From: an uncultured archaeon
GTDB taxonomy: Archaea; Micrarchaeota; Micrarchaeia; Micrarchaeales; CABMGC01
Reading direction: 5' to 3'
DNA length: 64,000 nucleotides
Assembly (NCBI GenBank): GCA_963830445.1
Contig: CAWHMC010000013.1
Location: 17,242-81,241, forward strand
Shown: positions 61,362 through 64,000 of the stretch, in pieces
Position numbering within the stretch: the stretch's first letter is position 1
Layout: every line of letters starts with the position of its first letter
Notes under the pieces: generated by a model
What the model was told of the DNA's origin: nothing
Seen by the model: the letters and a program-made list of their open reading frames with translations, nothing else
Database searches by the model: none
Program-made: the position numbers and the translations under genes

Positions 61362-61449
61362 CGGTAATTTTTATTAATCTATTTATTATGAAAGAAAACA
61401 TCTATATACCTTTTGCGGCTCATACCCTGATGTACAACAAGAGTGGAGT

Positions 61450-62655
61450 GTGACTATGGGAAACATATCAGTAAACAAAATGGATTTTACACCTGTAAGC
61501 GAGCAAAACACCGAATACGTGGAGCGCAAGGGGATCGGGCATCCGGACAGCCTCATAGACGGCATCGTTGACGCAACAAGCTGTGAGTTGTCAAGGAGGT
61601 ACATAGCGGAGTTCGGAAGCATACTGCACCACAACGTTGACAAAGGACTTATAATTGGAGGGGCATCGAGGGTGGGGTTCGGAAAAGGCGCCATAACGAA
61701 GCGCATAGAAGTAATAGTTACGGGTAGAGCTACGAGCGAGGCGGACGGAAAGAGGATAGACGTGAACCAGGTGGCCAAAGAAGTCACGGCCAAGTATCTC
61801 AAGGAGCACACGCGCTTCCTCAACGTGGATGATGAGGTGTTTATACAATCTAAGATTGCGAGCGGGAGCCTTGATCTAGGCAATATATTCAAGCGTAGCA
61901 CAAGCGTGCCGCTGGCAAACGACACCTCATTCGGGATAGGATTCGCCCCGTTCAGCGTCACCGAGAGGCTGGTTCTTGAGACCGAGCGTTTCTTGAACTC
62001 GAAGGAATACAAGCACAGGATGCCCTCGGCAGGAGAGGACATAAAGGTCATGGGCATGCGCGATAAAGACGCGATCACGCTTACGGTGGCCATAGCCTTC
62101 GTGGCGAAGCATGTGCCAAACATTGAGGCGTACAAGGAGAACAAGACGAAGATAAAGGCAGACATAAAGAAGAACGCAAAGAAGATAACCGACAGGGAGA
62201 TCTCGGTCCATATTAATACTGGAGATGACGTAGAGGGTGGGGACGTATACCTTACGAAGTCCGGGCTCAGCTGCGAGGCTGGAGACGATGGTTCTGTAGG
62301 AAGAGGAAACAGGGTGAACGGGCTGATAACGCCGTTCCGCCAGATGAGTCTCGAGGCAGCCGCCGGAAAGAATCCGGTGAATCATATCGGGAAGATCTAT
62401 AATATACTTGCCACGGAGATGGCGCAGAGCATAACGAAGGAGTATCCAGAGATAAAGCAGTGCGATGTTGCAGTGCTCTCCCAGATAGGCAAGCCGATCA
62501 GTCAACCGCATAATCTGAACATAAACCTTGTTCTGGCGAAGAAGGCGGACTTTGCGAAGTTGCAACCGAAGGTGGATTACATCGCACAGGGCTTCCTTGA
62601 AAACATTGGCCAGCTGACCACGGACATAGCGCTGGGCAAGTACAAGACGTTCTGA
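61450..62655 (+). CDS. mat: Archaeal-type S-adenosylmethionine synthetase
   Basis: YVERKGIGHPDSLIDGI, HHNVDKGLIIGG, GEDIKVMG, LTKSGLSCEAGDDGSVGRGNRVNGLITP. Confidence 0.9.
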   Translation: MTMGNISVNKMDFTPVSEQNTEYVERKGIGHPDSLIDGIVDATSCELSRRYIAEFGSILHHNVDKGLIIGGASRVGFGKGAITKRIEVIVTGRATSEADGKRIDVNQVAKEVTAKYLKEHTRFLNVDDEVFIQSKIASGSLDLGNIFKRSTSVPLANDTSFGIGFAPFSVTERLVLETERFLNSKEYKHRMPSAGEDIKVMGMRDKDAITLTVAIAFVAKHVPNIEAYKENKTKIKADIKKNAKKITDREISVHINTGDDVEGGDVYLTKSGLSCEAGDDGSVGRGNRVNGLITPFRQMSLEAAAGKNPVNHIGKIYNILATEMAQSITKEYPEIKQCDVAVLSQIGKPISQPHNLNINLVLAKKADFAKLQPKVDYIAQGFLENIGQLTTDIALGKYKTF

Positions 62656-62950
62656 GACGCAAGTAATTTAAGAGAACGTGCCGTAGACTAATCACGGTGG
62701 TTGGATCTCAACTAGAAACATCTCAGCTTTAGATTCCCTCATATCGAAAACAGGGATCACCAAGGTCTCAGACCTAAGGGTCATACGTGAGCTCTACTCG
62801 GATTGGTATGGCGCACCGCTAGGCCGGTACGGAAAAATTAGGCAGAAGTACAACACCCCTGGAAATGTCCTTTCGTATAAGTACAAGGGGAAGGACGTCC
62901 GCTTCGAATTTGATGATGAGGAGGATAGGAACAACACACTTTGGCTGATA

Positions 62951-63538
62951 GTGGAGAACTTCAAATTTGACCAATACAATCATCTTGACGTCAAGGATAG
63001 GGCGGTACTAGACATCGGAGCCAACATAGGTGACACGGCGATATATTTCGCAATTAATGGGGCCAGACACGTCTACGCGGTGGAACCGTCACCTTATATG
63101 TATGTGGCAGCCAAGAGGAACGTAAAGCTCAATGGCTTGCATGACAAAATCACCCTGCTCAATGAAGGCATAGGTGGAAAGCCTGCAACAGTATCTCTGA
63201 GTAAGGAGAAGACAACAGGAAGTAGCAAACTTATCAAAGGCGGATCGGATTCGAAGCCTGTGAAAATAAGTACGCTGAAGGAGCTCGTGGAGAGGTATAA
63301 CATACAGGATGGCGTGCTCAAAATAGATTGTGAAGGATACGAATATGAGTCGGTGCTCAACTCCGACAACAGTATTTTGCGCAGATTCACGCAGATAGAT
63401 CTTGAGTACCACAATGGCTACATCGACCTTGAAAGAAAGCTTAAGGACGCCGGATTCGATGTGAAGCACAGCCTGCCCAGGCCCGTTCTCTACGACAAGG
63501 CGATGGTAAACGGAATAATAAGGGCGGACAGGAAATAG
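62951..63538 (+). CDS. FkbM-family SAM methyltransferase (start uncertain; frame open back to 62687)
   Basis: VLDIGANIGDTAIYFAINGARHVYAVEPSPYMYVAAKRNVKLNGL...LKIDCEGYEYESV. The upstream in-frame 88 codons look coding but contain no ATG/GTG/TTG. Confidence 0.6.
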   Translation: MENFKFDQYNHLDVKDRAVLDIGANIGDTAIYFAINGARHVYAVEPSPYMYVAAKRNVKLNGLHDKITLLNEGIGGKPATVSLSKEKTTGSSKLIKGGSDSKPVKISTLKELVERYNIQDGVLKIDCEGYEYESVLNSDNSILRRFTQIDLEYHNGYIDLERKLKDAGFDVKHSLPRPVLYDKAMVNGIIRADRK

Positions 63539-63646
63539 ATCTGGGGGCGTAGGGTAAGTACAAGACATTCGGGTTGTTTTGTTCCGTCACACGAGTTTAA
63601 TCGGATTAAGCATATATATCTAAAAAAGCCATTAATATTGAGAGGT

Positions 63647-64000
63647 ATGGCGAAGCAGGTAGTATGCCAAAAATGCAGTAGCAAAGCCGCTGATGCGTTA
63701 AAGCAGAGCGTGCGCGGGCCTAGGGATGAGTTCATCAATAGCCCCGGAAATATCTTGCATGCGACCACCCTAGACCGATTAGATACCATCGTAAAGTATG
63801 GTCTGGTTTCTATGCAACATAATCGCGACTGGAAGGAAAAGACGTACCTCTCAAGCGGTTATAAGTTCGATGGATGCCCCTGCAATCAGAATATCTCAAA
63901 GGAAATTATGGCATCGTTAGATACGGGAGGGTATGTGTTCTTTCAGGCTTTGGGCGTACCCAGTATAAACGGAGGCATGGTCACTGTTCGTAACACTCAC
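63647..64000 (+). CDS. Hypothetical protein, 5-prime part (runs off the right edge)
   Basis: ATG at 63647 is preceded by CATATATATCTAAAAAA about 25-35 nt upstream. The frame stays open to the window end (MAKQVVCQKCSSKAADALKQ...). It is absent from the ORF track because no stop is reached. Confidence 0.4.
   Translation, partial: MAKQVVCQKCSSKAADALKQSVRGPRDEFINSPGNILHATTLDRLDTIVKYGLVSMQHNRDWKEKTYLSSGYKFDGCPCNQNISKEIMASLDTGGYVFFQALGVPSINGGMVTVRNTH

Noticed and set aside
61386-62165. 259-aa minus-strand ORF
   Set aside because: It is entirely antisense to the well-supported SAM synthetase gene. The product is a Ser/Leu/Cys-rich low-complexity artefact.
1-64000. CRISPR arrays, rRNA genes, IS elements or transposases
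   Set aside because: Reading both strands, I saw no regularly spaced direct repeats, rRNA-like sequence or transposase/integrase motifs (DDE, tyrosine or serine recombinase).

Overview
This is a densely coding segment of an archaeal chromosome. By eye it is GC-rich (above 50 percent) with several lower-GC patches. The archaeal assignment rests on Hjc, PriS, NreA, class I LysRS, archaeal-type SAM synthetase, aSUI1, Pth2, prefoldin beta, eL15 and deoxyhypusine synthase. It is also supported by AT-rich TATA boxes about 25-35 nt upstream of many start codons and by an intron-containing tRNA. Two FtsZ genes point to an FtsZ-dividing (euryarchaeal/DPANN-like) host rather than a Cdv-type one. I call about 85 protein genes and 3 tRNAs: Pro-CGG, Lys-UUU and Ser-GGA, the last with two introns. 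I found no rRNA, CRISPR array, transposase or integrase. Housekeeping content includes an S-layer and glycosylation block (2.1-11.3 kb), rpl29-SUI1, UDG/Nth, DNA ligase and tandem ftsZ. It also includes the rpl3-rpl4-rpl23-rpl2-rps19-rpl22-rps3 operon, rpl15e, priS, pth2/pfdB, lysK, rps13-rps4-rps11, a uppS/dolichol kinase cluster, apt, dys and SAM synthetase. Accessory content includes two VapBC pairs with palindromic operators, a KaiC-like ATPase paired with a HEPN-like protein, and an Epd/Tad-like type IV pilus locus (26.3-33.3 kb). The most notable accessory feature is an eight-gene operon (13.4-18.3 kb) with VirB2-, VirB6- and VirB4-like components. That operon has no relaxase, coupling protein or integrase nearby, so it is a candidate Ced/Ted-like DNA-transfer machine. 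Caveats: at least three and possibly four genes, including the essential DNA ligase and LysRS, have single-nucleotide frame breaks that may be assembly indels. All family calls come from motif recognition by eye. No database search or computation was run.
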